Assembly: GCA_951406725.2 (NCBI GenBank)
Contig: OX597834.1
Span: 33,108,001 to 33,172,000 of the forward strand
Length of the DNA stretch: 64,000 nucleotides
DNA from: Octopus vulgaris
Lineage: Eukaryota
Direction: 5' to 3'
Shown one piece after another: positions 14,900 to 30,117 of the stretch. Both the position numbers and the translations under genes were made by a program. The first letter of the stretch is position 1, and each line of letters starts with the position of its first letter. The notes under the pieces are model-generated. The model was not told the DNA's origin, did no database searches, and saw only the letters and a list, made by a program, of their open reading frames with translations.

Positions 14900-16310
14900 T
14901 CTTCCTTCTCCCTCTCTCTTTCTCTCTTTCTATTCATCTATCCCTCACTCTCTCCTTCTCTCTCTTTCTCTGCTTCTCTCTCTTTCTTTCTCTCGCTCAC
15001 TCATTCTCTCTTTCTTTCTCCATTTCTCTCTCCTCCCCTTCCAATATCTCCTCCTCTCTCTTTCGTTTTGTCTTTCGCTTTCATCTATCTGTCTTTTTCT
15101 CTCTCTTTCTCTCCTAATCTGCTTCTTTCTTTCTCTCTCACTCTCTCTCTCTCTCCCTTTCTCTCTCTCTCTCTCTCTCGCTTTGTATTAATTTGTTTCT
15201 CTCTTTCTCTTTCTCACACACACACTCTCTCTCTCTCTCTTTATGTATCTCTTTCTATCTCTATCTTTGCATTTCACTGTCTCTCTTCTTTCTCTCACTC
15301 CCTCACTATCTCTCTCTCTTTTTCTCGCTTTTATATTAATCTGTCTTTTTGTTTGTTTCTTTCTTTCTCTCTCCCTCCCTCTCTCCCTCTCTCTCTATCT
15401 CTATCTATCTATCTGCCTCTCTCTTTTTCTATCTCTCTCTATCACTATCTCATTGCACTGTATCTCTCTTCTCTCTCTTTCCTTCTCTTCGTACCTCTCT
15501 CCCTCCTCCTCCTCTCTCCTTTTCATCTTCATCTTCAACTAGAAATATCTGCTGACTGAGTAAAACTAAATCAAACGGCAACAACAACAACAACAATAGC
15601 AAAAACGACAACATCAATAACAACAGCTATTACATCAGCAACAGTAACAACAACAACAACAAAACACATCAAAACAACCACAACAATCAACAACAACAAC
15701 AACAACAACTACAAAGACAACATGAGTAAGGAAAAGAACCGCAACAACAATAACAACAACAACATGCATAATGATGAAATTAAGATGGCGGAAAACAACT
15801 AGAAACAATTCAGTCTCGAATGTTGCTTTGTTGTTTGTTTTGCTTGTTATTGTTGTTGTTGTTGTTGTTGTTGTGGTGGTGGTGGTGGTGGTGGTGGTGG
15901 TTGATAATGATGGTGATGATGATGATGATAAGACGATGATGATGATGATGATGATGGGGTGTAATGGTGGTTGTTGGTGATGGTGGTGGCTGTTGATGTC
16001 GCCGTCGTCTGTTTTAAAAACCGACTGAGGACGTAGCTTAAACGAAAGGGAGAACAGAAAGTTGAATGAACGAACGAAAGGAAGGAAGGAAGGAAGGAAG
16101 GAAGGAAGGAAGGAAGGAAAGGAAGAAACGAAAGAAGGAAGAAAAAAGAAGAAAGAACGGAAGGAAGGAAAGACGGAAGAGAGGAAAGAAGAAAAAGAAA
16201 GAAAGAAAGAATGAAAGAAAGAGAAAGAAAAAGAAAGAAAGAAAGAAAAAGAAAACGAAAGAAAGAAAGAGAAAGAATGACAGAATGAAAGAGAGGAAAG
16301 AAGGAAAGGA

Positions 16311-16349
<39 letters not shown>

Positions 16350-16367
16350 GAAAGAAGGAAAGAAGGA

Positions 16368-16409
<42 letters not shown>

Positions 16410-16462
16410 AAAAGAAAGAAAGAAAGAAAGAGAGAAAAAGAAAGAAAGAAAGAAAGGAAGGA

Positions 16463-16522
<60 letters not shown>

Positions 16523-16541
16523 AAAAGAAAGAAAGTATGAC

Positions 16542-16584
<43 letters not shown>

Positions 16585-16620
16585 AAAGAAAGAAAGAAAG
16601 GAAAGAAGGCAAAAAGAGAC
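14900..16620. repeat. Polypyrimidine (CT)n block, triplet block and polypurine (GAAA)n block
   Basis: 14900-15540 CT-rich, 15575-16000 AAC/GTT/GAT, 16070-16620 GAAA/GGAA. Confidence 0.9.
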
Positions 16621-16926
16621 ATGAAACAGCGATCGTCTGCTTATCTTCCATTTTAGGCCTGAGTCGAAATGGGTTCATAATTATCGATGTATCCCATTGA
16701 TGTTGATTTTAAAAGCCGTTTCCCTGTGTATCTGTATGCACGGTGGGGTGCGTTTGCGCGCGCGTGCGCTTATATAGTGTATGTGAAAGAGAGGGAGAGA
16801 AAGAAAGAGAGTGTTTGTGTAGTGTGTGTAGTGTGTGTAGTGTGTGTATGCATTGTTTGTGCATGTGTGTGCAGATATAAATATAAATACACACACACAC
16901 TCACACACACACAGACACACACACAT

Positions 16927-17010
<84 letters not shown>

Positions 17011-17017
17011 GGATATT

Positions 17018-17186
17018 GAACAACCGGTTGTTATCTTGTTCACATAGGCGTGACTTAGCGGTTCAGCTAAAAAGCCAACAGAATAGTTACAGGCTTAAGA
17101 AAATTTTAAGCATTGAGGTCAATTCATTCGACTAAACCCTTCGGGGCAAGATACCAACATTCCGATGACTGAAACAAGTAAAAGAT
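17018..17186 (+). mobile_element. SINE family A 3' fragment
   Basis: ACAACCGGTTG...ACTTAGCGGTTCAGC...GACTGAAACAAGTAAAAGAT. Confidence 0.75.
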
Positions 17187-17228
17187 ATATATATACTTTA
17201 TTTAAAAGCAGCAGAAATATAACAAAAG

Positions 17229-17266
17229 CTGTTACTCGGAGTTTCACGTTCCTGTTCGTCGGACAG
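17229..17266 (-). ncRNA. Hammerhead-like motif with U4C core variant
   Basis: Reverse complement CTGT-CCGACGA-AC-aggaac-GT-GAAA-CT-ccg-AG-TA-ACAG. Confidence 0.5.
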
Positions 17267-17496
17267 TTTTGCGCTTACTCCGGTATATATATAGATATAT
17301 ATTTGATAAAGATCTAGGGCAAATCTGTCTTCCGTCTCCTTCATCCATTATTATTATTTATACTAACACTGCGGAATTCCTGAAGTAGATCCAGCTAAAA
17401 TATACCCCAACCGTGAATGACACCAGGTACCACAAACTATGAACGTGCTTTCCTCAAAACACTAATTGACATACATCCATTAGTCCAAAAATTTAC

Positions 17497-17577
<81 letters not shown>

Positions 17578-17591
17578 ATATATATATATAT

Positions 17592-17708
17592 AGGTGTATT
17601 AGCCATCTGAATGTGGCTAGCCACGGGGGGGGGACCACATTCTGATGGCTAATACACCTTACGTTGTCGAGCGGTTACTGTTTATATCTCGTTCAGAGAT
17701 TTATTATT

Positions 17709-17709
<1 letters not shown>
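17592..17709. repeat. Repeat fragment with 25-bp inverted arms, within (TA)n
   Basis: Arms 17592-17616 and 17635-17659, 1 mismatch. Confidence 0.85.
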
Positions 17710-17748
<39 letters not shown>

Positions 17749-17992
17749 GCACTCGCGTGCGCACACATGCACGCACGCACACACGCACACACGCGTGCGC
17801 GAGGTTGGCGGATAAATTCGTTCGTTTCTTTTCCCATTTATTTTGATCTTCATTTTTCCATAATAACAAATCAGTCAGTAACATATAGTTTTCTTCTGGT
17901 GGTGAATTTGCCCTTAAAGAGGAAAGGATCTCTTTCCGGTTAGACAAAGCTGAACAACTCGCTTATACAGTTTTATTAATGATTTATTATTG

Positions 17993-18152
17993 AAGGCGGT
18001 GAGCTGGCAGAATCGTTAGCAAACCGGGAAAAATGCTTAACGGCAATTCGTCCATCTTTATGTTCTGAGTTCAAGTTCTGCCGAGGTCGACTTTGCCTTT
18101 TATCCTTCTGGGTTCGATAAAATAAGTACCAGTTGAGCATTGAGGTCAATGT
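17993..18152 (+). mobile_element. tRNA-derived SINE, family B, 3'-truncated
   Basis: GGCGGTGAGCTGGCAGAATCGTTAGC...GAGTTCAAGTTCTGCCGAGGTCGACTTTGCC...TAAGTACCAGTT. Confidence 0.85.
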
Positions 18153-18201
18153 AATATATATATATATATAAAATATGGCTCATCTCTCCAAATGTTCAGA
18201 A

Positions 18202-18239
<38 letters not shown>

Positions 18240-18331
18240 AGCATTGGGATGTTCTAGCTTATATATATATATTATATATGTATGTATGTATATATATGTA
18301 ATATATGTGAAAATTATTCGGTTGTCACGAT

Positions 18332-18388
18332 AAAACTCCGAGTTTCGGATGGCGGAGCGGAAACCTACACCGGCATCTCTTCAGTTTT
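18332..18388 (-). ncRNA. Hammerhead-like motif with long stem II
   Basis: Reverse complement CTGAAGA-GATGCCGG...CCGCCATC-C-GAAA-CTCGGAG-TT. Confidence 0.45.
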
Positions 18389-18454
18389 GGAGGCAATCAA
18401 AATATTTTGATTGCCTCGATAACTAGAGAGAGAGAGAGAGAGAGAGTAGCAGCA

Positions 18455-18710
18455 TGGCGGCACCTTGGGCAAGAATGTTCTACTATAGCCCCGGGCAGAC
18501 CAAAGCCTTGTGAGTGGATTTGATAGACGGAAATTCAAAGAAACCTCTGCGCGTGTGTGTGTGTGTGTGTGTCCGTCCGCGTACCCGTATTTATGTATGC
18601 TTTTATATTTACGAGTGTGAATGTGTTTGTCCCCCACCGCTTGATAACCGACGCTAGTTTGTTTACGTTCCCGTAGCTTAACAGTTTGGCAAAAGAGTTC
18701 GATAGAATGA
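18455..18710 (+). mobile_element. SINE family A internal fragment
   Basis: GCACCTTGGGCAAG...GCCTTGTGAGTGGATTTG...TTTACGTTCCCGTAGCTTAAC. Confidence 0.8.
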
Positions 18711-18957
18711 TTCCGTTTCGCATTGAGTACGAGAAGAAATTTGATTTCTACAGAAGTTTTTATTTTTTCATGAAACTTGAAATCCGATCGCGTTATGAGA
18801 TCCTAGAACCCATATCGGCCAGTTTGCGTTTTGGCCCTTTCCGTGCTTAAAACGTGCTGCAATTATTGATGCATCTTCAAATAGAACCTGGGCCATTGTT
18901 ATCTTTATGAACAAACTGCCCTCAGTAAATATGGAAAACAGGTAAAAATACATTGAA

Positions 18958-19375
18958 ATGCTTCTTCCGAAAATTGCTTCAACAGCAAAAGATGCTGGTG
19001 GTGTTGAGGGAATGATATACTTACTATTAACAATGGAGCAGAAATTTGATGTAATAAGGACGCCATCTATACTCGCGGCGATTGCATTTCGTAAATTAGC
19101 AAAGACCTTGACATGCATGAACCAACGGTACGAAATATAACAAAACCCGTGCTACTGAAAGAAAAGGTAAAGAATAAATTAGCATACAGCTTTTTGTGGT
19201 TTGCGAACGGCTACGAGAAACCAGAAAACATTGCCTTCCTACAAACGGAATGTCTTCTTGATGTATGGATCGAGCAGCACAATCAAAAACGCATTCCTTT
19301 ATCCACAGCTACGATGTAAAGCGAAAGCTTTGTACATATTTACAACCGTGAAAAATTATGGGTGTTCAAGCCAGC
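18958..19375 (+). mobile_element. Tigger/pogo (CENP-B-like HTH) transposase remnant, frameshifted
   Basis: LTMEQKFDVI..., MHEPTVRNI..., TECLLDVWIEQHNQKRIPLS..., KAKAL: psq-type HTH followed by CENP-B HTH, spread over three frames. Confidence 0.7.
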
Positions 19376-20050
19376 ATTTAAGGGACATTTGATGGAAGTG
19401 CTGACTACTGCATATCGTGTGTACTTGCCGTTAATCGCTTTAACTTTCGTCTATTAGCGTTCGATACGCATGGGTAGCAAATAGCCATGCTTTACTCGCG
19501 TTAATTATAAATGTACTTTTGGTGGATCCAGAGCATAAACCCGCGAAAGTCACACTGCATGTTGTATAGCTTTTAATATCGTCACTCTGCTGCCCCGTTC
19601 GCTATTTATTTAATTATCCGTAAGAACGTTCGCTCCTTAATAATTTCACGTTCTCAGAAAACACGGATTTTAATTGTTACAATATCTAGAAATACGCGCT
19701 TCTGGCTTCTCTCTAGGTAAAACGTTTTCACTGTTTGTTTGTTTGTTTATTTTTGGTTTGTTTTGGGTTTGTTGTTGTTTTTTTTTTTTTGACCGAGGAA
19801 AATACCGTCAAAATACTTTCATTTCGATGAGGATTAGGGGCCGAGAAATATTTACTGCTAATGTTCATTGGGTTGGAACGAATTACCATATTTTATGTGC
19901 TGTAATATGTATAAGCAAATTGCACGAAATCTGTTGCTATGAGGCTTTTATAGGTTTGGCAATATACATACATACATACATACATACATACATACTTACA
20001 TACATACATGCATACATACATACATACATGCATACTTACATACACACATC

Positions 20051-20110
<60 letters not shown>

Positions 20111-20279
20111 TATATATATATGTATGTATGCACGTCTATGTGTATGCATGCATGTATAAGTTTGTGTGTACGTATACATACATATATTTGTGTGTGTGTG
20201 TGTGTGTATGAGTGTGTGTGCGTTATCACAGTCAAGAGATTGATAACAATAATACCTGTGGATCTGATTGAGAGAGGAT

Positions 20280-20312
<33 letters not shown>

Positions 20313-20475
20313 CATACATACAAATTTGTGTATATATATATATGTATACATGTATTTATATATATATATATATATATATGTACATGTATATACATGTATA
20401 TATATATATATATAATCTATATATATACACATTTATATACATGTATGTATATATATATATTTGTGTGTGTGTGTA

Positions 20476-20514
<39 letters not shown>

Positions 20515-20986
20515 AGATAGATAGATAGATAGATAGTTAGATAGATAGATAGATAAATAGATAGATAGATAGATAGATAGATACACACATACATACATAC
20601 ATACCTACATACATACATACATACATTCATACACGCATAGACAGACAGACAGGCACACAGACATCACTCTTCTATAGACTCGTGCAACGTCTACGTATCT
20701 ACGAATCCAGTCCCTCTCTCCCCACACGTTTCTACTGAACTCGTTCCACCCAAAATACCTCATCACCATTATTTTCATCTCTTCCCAGCTCCACCCCCTA
20801 TAAACTCCACCCTCTCTTCAAAAACGTGAGTAACCGTGTATCTCCCGTGCAGCAAGAAACCTGCCTTGGCCGCTTCCATGATACTTTAACCCCTTTATTT
20901 CCTAGCATAAAGCCACCTCTCTCAGCAACCTCATCAGTGCTGGCGGCACACAAAAATAAGCACCCAGGATTCGCTGTAAATTTGTT

Positions 20987-21491
<505 letters not shown>

Positions 21492-21758
21492 CTTTATGTA
21501 TGTATACACACATGTGTGTGTGCGCGTGTATACGCATCTGTGTATAAATGCGAAAGTATGGTTACGTGTACAAGTGTAGCTCTGTTACTGTAGAGATCTT
21601 CTGTCTGTCTGTCTGTCCACGCCATTTAGATTAAAGATTGTTTAATTTGCTTTTTATCATTCGGTGGTACCTTGCATTCCTGAAAGCGATATTCGATGTG
21701 TTCCTGGATTTCTCCTTCTCCTTCACCACCATCGTCATCATCATCATCATCATCAACA

Positions 21759-21789
<31 letters not shown>

Positions 21790-22021
21790 CTTCTTCTTCT
21801 TCTTCTTCTTCTTCTTCTTCTTCTTCTTCTTCTTCTACTACTACTTCTTTGTTATTTTTTTCTTCCTATTTTCTTGATAGAATATTTGATGTGTGTCTGC
21901 TTTGATTACTCAAACATCCGCTTCCAGGCGTCTTCGGTTCTTGCTTTCATCCTAACAAGGTCGCTGTTTCAGCTGACTGCTGCAAGGTGCCGTTATGCAA
22001 ACGATGTATGGCTATACGCGG

Positions 22022-22120
<99 letters not shown>

Positions 22121-22125
22121 ATGTA

Positions 22126-22189
<64 letters not shown>

Positions 22190-22231
22190 CACACATACAC
22201 ATATATATGTATATATATATATGTTTATGTG

Positions 22232-22278
<47 letters not shown>

Positions 22279-22639
22279 GTATATATATATATAAATGTAT
22301 ATACAGGTATGTATGTATGCGTGTGTGGGTGCACGGGTGTGTATGCTGTGTGTGTGTATCTATGTGTGTGTGCATATGTGTGTGTGTGTGCGTGCGTGTG
22401 TATGTGTGTGTGTGTGCGTGCGTGTGTGTGTGTATCAAGGTGACATCGGACAGCACAACCCAAAGCCTTACATATAAATAGAACTGCTATCCGTACGGAA
22501 TTTCTTTTTCCCCAATTGAGGAAAACTATGAGAGGTGGCAGAAGTAGACGCGCCTCCGGTGAAGTTAATATATAGTTTTTTGATGTTAATATTTATATAT
22601 TGTTGTGAAGATTTCGAGTATATTTTCATGTATGTATCG

Positions 22640-22690
<51 letters not shown>

Positions 22691-22735
22691 TGTGTGTTTA
22701 TAAATATATATATATAGAGAGAGAGAGAGATACAG

Positions 22736-22770
<35 letters not shown>

Positions 22771-22851
22771 CATATATACTGTACATATACATATATAGAT
22801 ATTTTAGATATATATACATATATACATGTATACATATATATACATATATAT

Positions 22852-22953
<102 letters not shown>

Positions 22954-22978
22954 TATATACATGTATATACATATATAG

Positions 22979-23026
<48 letters not shown>

Positions 23027-23145
23027 CATGCACATATACATAGATATATGTATATATATATACATGTATATATACATATATATATAGATATACATAGATA
23101 TATAGATATTATATACATACATGTATATATATATTTGCATAGATG

Positions 23146-23177
<32 letters not shown>

Positions 23178-23448
23178 CATGATAGATATATGTATATATA
23201 CATTATATATAAATATGCATATTGATATATACGTATACGTATACCTATTGATATTGGTAAAACAGCAAAAATGGAAGGAGAAGAACACGAGACGAACAGT
23301 CGTACAACATAAGAGGTTACAAGAGGCAGACAAATAGTCAAAAGGTAGAGGACAAAATATAACCAGAAACAAAACAAAATAACTTGAAAACAAAATGAAG
23401 TCTTGCCCAGTGAATTGTACGACGAAAAAACGAAAGAAAAGAAAATGA

Positions 23449-23480
23449 CATGACGTTTCGGAAACGAATCCTTTATCAAA
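23449..23480 (-). ncRNA. Degenerate hammerhead-like motif (U3-A8)
   Basis: Reverse complement TTGATAA-A-GGA-ttcgtt-TCC-GAAA-CG-TCA. Confidence 0.4.
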
Positions 23481-23503
23481 ATAAATGTTTTAAAAAAAAA
23501 AGG

Positions 23504-23910
23504 AACAGGAGTGGCTGTGTGGTAAGTAGCTTGCTAACCAGCCACATGGTTCCGGGTTCAGTCCCACTGCGTGACATCTCGGGCAAGTGTCTTCTGCTAT
23601 AGCCCCGGGCCGACCAATGCCTTGTGAGTGGATTTGGGAGACGGAAACTGAAAGAAGCCTGTCGTATATATGTATATGTATATATGTGTGTGTGTATGTG
23701 TGTGTGTTTGTGTGTGTGTGCTTGTCCCCCTAGCATTGCTTGACAACCGATGCTGGTGTGTTTACGTCCCCGTCACATAGCGGTTCGGCAAAAGAGACCG
23801 ATAGAATAAGTACTGGGCTTACAAAGAATAAGTCCCGGGGTCGATTTGCTCGACTAAAGGCGGTGCTCCAGCATGGCCGCAGTCAAATGACTGAAAGAAG
23901 TAAAAGAGAG
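23504..23910 (+). mobile_element. SINE family A, full length, young
   Basis: Near-identical (inverted) to 54745-55152; intact head and TAAAAGAG tail. Confidence 0.92.
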
Positions 23911-24029
23911 GGAGAAAGAGAAAAGAAAAAACCGATATCTGTTTGAAGTACGCCTGTAAGTTTCGGTTACATGCTGTATTCTGTCTACCAAATACATTCA
24001 CATGGCTCTGATTTGCTCGTTGCTATGCA

Positions 24030-24126
24030 GTAGAAGACACGTGGCTACGCTGTCACGCCGTGAGACTGAACACGGAACAACAACGTTGAGCAACAAACTC
24101 CTTAACCAGACAGCCACACCAGCGCC
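24030..24126 (-). mobile_element. SINE family A head, degenerate
   Basis: TAGAAGACAC...GACTGAAC...CTTAACCAGACAGCCACACCAGCGCC. Confidence 0.6.
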
Positions 24127-24167
24127 TATATATCTATACGTATATAAATATGTGTGTAAAACATATG

Positions 24168-24234
<67 letters not shown>

Positions 24235-24796
24235 AGATATATACATACATATATATACGTATATACATATGTATGTATATGTATATACATGCGTATATAT
24301 GTGTGTATGTGTGTGTGTGCGTGTGTAGAGAGAAGGAGAGATATACATCAATCTATTCTTATAGACATACAATCACGCACGCACACACACACACACACAC
24401 ACATACATACACACGAATAGGTATTAAAAAAAAACACACACACTTATATGTGCGTCCATACCAACCTACAGTTACACGTAGCCAACTGTATAGTCTTTAA
24501 TGGCTGCCTAGCCATCCAGCACGTTGGTTTCCGGTTTGGTTAAAAGGACGTCTCCAGCGATAACTCCGTCTCTATTGTAACGTCCTCAGTCAACCGTGAT
24601 CACATGATATGGTGCAGTATGTCAGTGATGGCACGATGTGGGGCTCTGTGTCACTGATCACATGATGTAGCGCTGTACGTTAGTAACTAAGTCCATTTTA
24701 TTTGTTCATACATTCTTTTCTGTTGTCATATACATACATTACATACATACCTGAACGTCTGTGTGTTTATATATACATACATATATATACATGTAC

Positions 24797-25001
<205 letters not shown>

Positions 25002-25380
25002 TGGAGGACTGGCCAGGTTGCCAGCTTGCCCGGTGGCAAGTGGGCCCCTGCGTCATTAGAATCCATATATGGGGGGCCCATGTTAGTATCTAAGGGATCC
25101 ATCCCCTCAAGTTTTAGAACCTTTTATTCACTCCTGGAAGATGAGATCCAGATATTCTTAGTTTAGAAGACGGTAGCGATCAAATGATTGAAACTGAAAG
25201 CTTCTCTCTTAGCTTTCTCTCGTTTTCCTCTGGAAAAAAGATGAGTTGGGAACATTATTCTCCTGCCTATATTCTTCTAACTACCTTTACTCTCTATTCT
25301 TCTATTTTATTCCTTATAAACTGTGAATTTTATTCCTTGTAAACTGTAAATTTCCCCTGTCTTAGATATCCATATCTTGT

Positions 25381-25452
25381 TGCTGATGACAGAATGCCCA
25401 GTGCATGGACATACTAATTTATCGCTTGGATTACCCCAGAAACAGCTGTAAG
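25381..25452 (+). ncRNA. Hammerhead-like motif with palindromic stem III
   Basis: CTGATGA...(long, poorly paired stem II)...GAAA-CAGCTG-TA. Confidence 0.4.
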
Positions 25453-26099
25453 GCTTCAAATTCACCTTACCCTAATTAATTTCACAAGCAAGCTGTTCCG
25501 TTGATCGTATCAGCTGGAACCCTCGTCGTTGTAACCGTCGGGTGTGTTCTTCCTTTTAGATATAGACATACAAACATACATTCAGAAAAAAAATATAAAA
25601 GAAGAGGACATCAATGGACAGTTGATAAGGAATTTGCAAATCCAGTCCGCAAGATCTACTTTCAGTTTTATGCCTATTATTATTGGAAGAACAGCATACA
25701 ACCCTGTCTGCCTTGAGCAAAGTATTGTTGAAACCAGATTCTTGAGGAGAGAACGCAACTCCTTAATTCATACTTTACAAATGATGACGATATTTGGGAC
25801 TCTAAAAATCTGCAAAACATTAATATCTAAAGGTTGAGAATCAGAACAAATTGTACTCCTTCACAACCTTGCTACCAAGTAGGTGGCTGATCAGAATTTA
25901 CTCTAAATTAAGCTGAAGGGATCTCCAGACTTAGCAGTCCCATCGAGAATGGTGTTTGTCTCGGCTACAAAACATTTCATTCTAGATGTTTGCCTTGCAG
26001 TGTGGCTTCTAAACCCAGCTCGACAAAATGTTATCACCTGAAACAGTTGCTCCATTGGCCTGCTGCCGCCAACTTCGAATGTATGGAAATGTGAACTTA

Positions 26100-26260
26100 G
26101 GGGCATACATGACTGAGAGGTTAAAAAACTTGTTTCACAATCAAAAGGTTTCGGGTTCAATCCAACTGCACGACACTTTGAGTATTTTCTGCTATAGTAT
26201 TGGACTGACCAATGCCTTGTGAGTAAATTTGATATAAGGAAACTATGTGGAAGCCTAATA
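26100..26260 (+). mobile_element. SINE family A 5' fragment
   Basis: GGTTTCGGGTTCAATCCAACTGC...GACCAATGCCTTGTGAGTAAATTTG. Confidence 0.7.
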
Positions 26261-26477
26261 CACATGGTACGTATTATACAATGCAACTGTATATTTACAA
26301 ATCAATGCAGATAAAGAAAGTTAGTTTTAAATATGTTTAGGACTTGTTTTTGACTTGTGAAAAGACCATTGAAATTACGGTTTGCCCTGGAGAAAAATTG
26401 TTGCTTTAAGCAAAAGGTGCAAAACCCAAAAGTCATTTGAGAGTGTCACTTATGGACTCATACATGCAGGGATGGGT

Positions 26478-26665
26478 ACTTCGTCGGTTACAACGATGAT
26501 GGTTCCAGTTCATCCGATCAACCGAACAGCCTACTTGTGAAGTTAACGTACAAGTGGCTGAGAACACCACAGACAAGCGTCCCCTTAACGTAGTTCTCTG
26601 GAAAATTCAGCGTCACACGGAATGTTACAAGGCTGACCCCTTTCGAAATACAGTACAACTCATTC
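26478..26665 (-). mobile_element. SINE family D 3' region
   Basis: Matches 46770-46915 (CGTCGGTTAC...CCCTTAACGTAGTTCTC...TTCAGCGT). Confidence 0.75.
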
Positions 26666-26940
26666 TTGCATGGATGTATGTATGTCTGTATGTATGAGTG
26701 TGTGTATATATGTATGTATGTATGTATTTTTATATGTGTGTATGTATGCATGTATGTATGTCAATGCATGTATGTGTGTATCAATGTATGTATATATACA
26801 TGTCTGCATGCATGTATGTATATATGTATGCATGTATGCATGTATGTATATATGCTTGTATGTATATATGTATGTATGTATATCTATATCTCGTATTTTT
26901 ATTTGGTTTGCAAGATTCTGTAAATGAATTCGTATATCAA

Positions 26941-27024
<84 letters not shown>

Positions 27025-27046
27025 TATACATACATACATACATACA

Positions 27047-27080
<34 letters not shown>

Positions 27081-27576
27081 CATACATACATACATATGTG
27101 TATGTGGAGGGGGGCTCGGTGACGAATACCTCTCTGCCAGCTTCCCAGATGGACACCCTTAAATAAGCAATCTTCTGGGGGGGGGTATCATTTATTTAGT
27201 TGTCGTTAAGCCATTGTCAAATTTGACGGACGAGCCATGCATGGATTTATATGCATGTATATATAAGAAACCCAAACACACTGGAGGGCGGTGCTCCAGC
27301 ATGGCCCCGGACTATGGGTGAAACCAGTAAAAGATAAAATGTAAAAGCTGTATATGCATGTATTTATGTATGTGTGTATGTATATATGCAATGTAACATA
27401 TGTGTGTGTTTATACGTATACGTATATGGACGTTTCCTTGTGAGTGTGTATGGTTGTATGTGTGCAAAGTATGTGCGTATGTATGCATTTAATGTATACA
27501 ATATAATGTGTAAATGTATGCGTGTATGCATGGTTTCACATGTATGTATATATGTACGCATGTATGTATGCATGCA

Positions 27577-27615
<39 letters not shown>

Positions 27616-27719
27616 GTCTAAGGGTATACGCATATGTATGCGGGCCTGTATGGCCGTCTAGATATATCTATGTTCACCTGAACATATAGATGTATGTGTG
27701 TGTCTGTATGTGAGAAAGT

Positions 27720-27768
<49 letters not shown>

Positions 27769-28041
27769 TATGTGTGTGTGTGTGTGTGTGTGTCTGTGAG
27801 TGTGTGTGTGTGTGTGCATGTGTCCCATCTATAATTTTTCCATACTTTCCTTTTATAATCTGTTTCAGCTTACACGCAGGATAGCTAACCACACACACAC
27901 ACACACATACGCACACACACACACATACACACACACACACACATACACACACACACACACATACACACACACACACACATACACACACACAAGAAATAGA
28001 TTATGCATATATGTATGTCTGTCTGCGTGTCCATAGAGATC

Positions 28042-28075
<34 letters not shown>

Positions 28076-28208
28076 TCTCTCTTTTTCTCTCTTTCTCCAT
28101 GTGTATATATATTACTTAATGACATGCTGTCTATCAATCTATCTATCAATCTATCTATCTATCTCTCTATTTATATATATATTCTTATCTCTCTTTTTCA
28201 CTCTCCCA

Positions 28209-28284
<76 letters not shown>

Positions 28285-28680
28285 TTCTCTGTCTCTCTCT
28301 CTCGCTCTTTCTTTTCGACCCCTTCTCCAAGTTCCGCCTACTTCTATTGTCAACCCCTTTCTACACGCACACACACACACTCACACACATAACGTGCGCA
28401 TACACGCGCAAATACACTCATACATGCATTCACATGCACACATGCCCGTATACACACATGCAAAGCACAATCACGTGCAGCAAACACAAGACATACACAC
28501 ACACACACACACACAAACACACGCATAAACATACATTCATACATACCTACATACATACACACATACATACATGTATGCATACATATATGTATGCAGGCAG
28601 GCATGCGTATGTACATCCATACGCTGTACATGCATACTTGCATAAGACGATGCCAATGCACAAACACACGTACACACACA

Positions 28681-28760
<80 letters not shown>

Positions 28761-28947
28761 TCTAGAGTTACAAATACCGAATGCAGTCACAGAGGTTGTC
28801 TCGTGTGTCCAGTTCTCTACACACATATGGCCATATTCATGCAATGTACTAGCGTTATATATTAACCGTGAATTATTATATCATGTGCGGGTTCCGCTGT
28901 GTGTTTGCTTGTGTTTGTGTGAGTGTGTATATGGTGTGTGTATATGA

Positions 28948-28989
<42 letters not shown>

Positions 28990-29253
28990 GTATGCATGTA
29001 TGTATGTGGGTGTGTACTCACATATATAGAGAAGGGAAGAAAGAGAAAAAGGAGGTGCATACATTCTCACACTTGTGTGTCTATATATATATATAGGGAG
29101 AGATAGTCAGACAGACAGGCATACAGACAAACAGACAGACAAACAGACAGACAGAAAGATAGATAGAGAGATAGATTTAAATATACATACATGTGTACAC
29201 ACATACATTTACACACACACATATATATATATATTTATATATATATAAGCATA

Positions 29254-29313
<60 letters not shown>

Positions 29314-29464
29314 CATATATATATATACACACATACAGACATGCATATGTCTATAGAAAGATACATGCATACATACATCATGTATATGAATATACACGCA
29401 TACATATAAATGCTTATGCACGTACTTATGTATATATGCGTCTGCGTAGATACACATACATACG

Positions 29465-29512
<48 letters not shown>

Positions 29513-30079
29513 CGCACACATACAGTACATACATTCATGATGTGTGTGTCTGTGCATATGTGTGTGTACTGATGAGGCACGGGGACAACATTCGACAAGT
29601 GTTCACGTGTAGAATAGGAGGACCTCAGAGACGACCGACCAACCGCGCGCACTCGGTCACTGGCCATCGTTTGCCTCACCGAAGGAGACCGTCGAATCAC
29701 GTGGTCTATTCGCGGCTCCGAGTATGCAACCATACACACACACATAGACAGACAGCCGCGCATACAGCGGAATACACTGCGCATGCACACCTACAAATAC
29801 ATACATTCACACATAATTAATACATGTATGGATGTATGTTTTTATATACGCATACATGCAATGTGTGTATGTGTGTATGTGTGTGCATATGGTGGGTTGC
29901 ACAATTAATGCTATGGGTTTACAGTTAAACATGTGCACGTGTTTTGCACTCATATGTGTGTATATCTGCATGTGCTTGAGTGAGTGTGTGTGTATGTGAG
30001 CGCACATGTACCTGTGTTGTATATGTGTGTGTGTGTGCGTGTGTGTATATAATATATTGTATATATATATACATATGTT

Positions 30080-30117
<38 letters not shown>

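Noticed and set aside
20900-20945. CTGATGA...GAAA on the - strand
   Set aside because: No convincing stem II or III; CTGATGA at 29569 likewise lacks a GAAA partner
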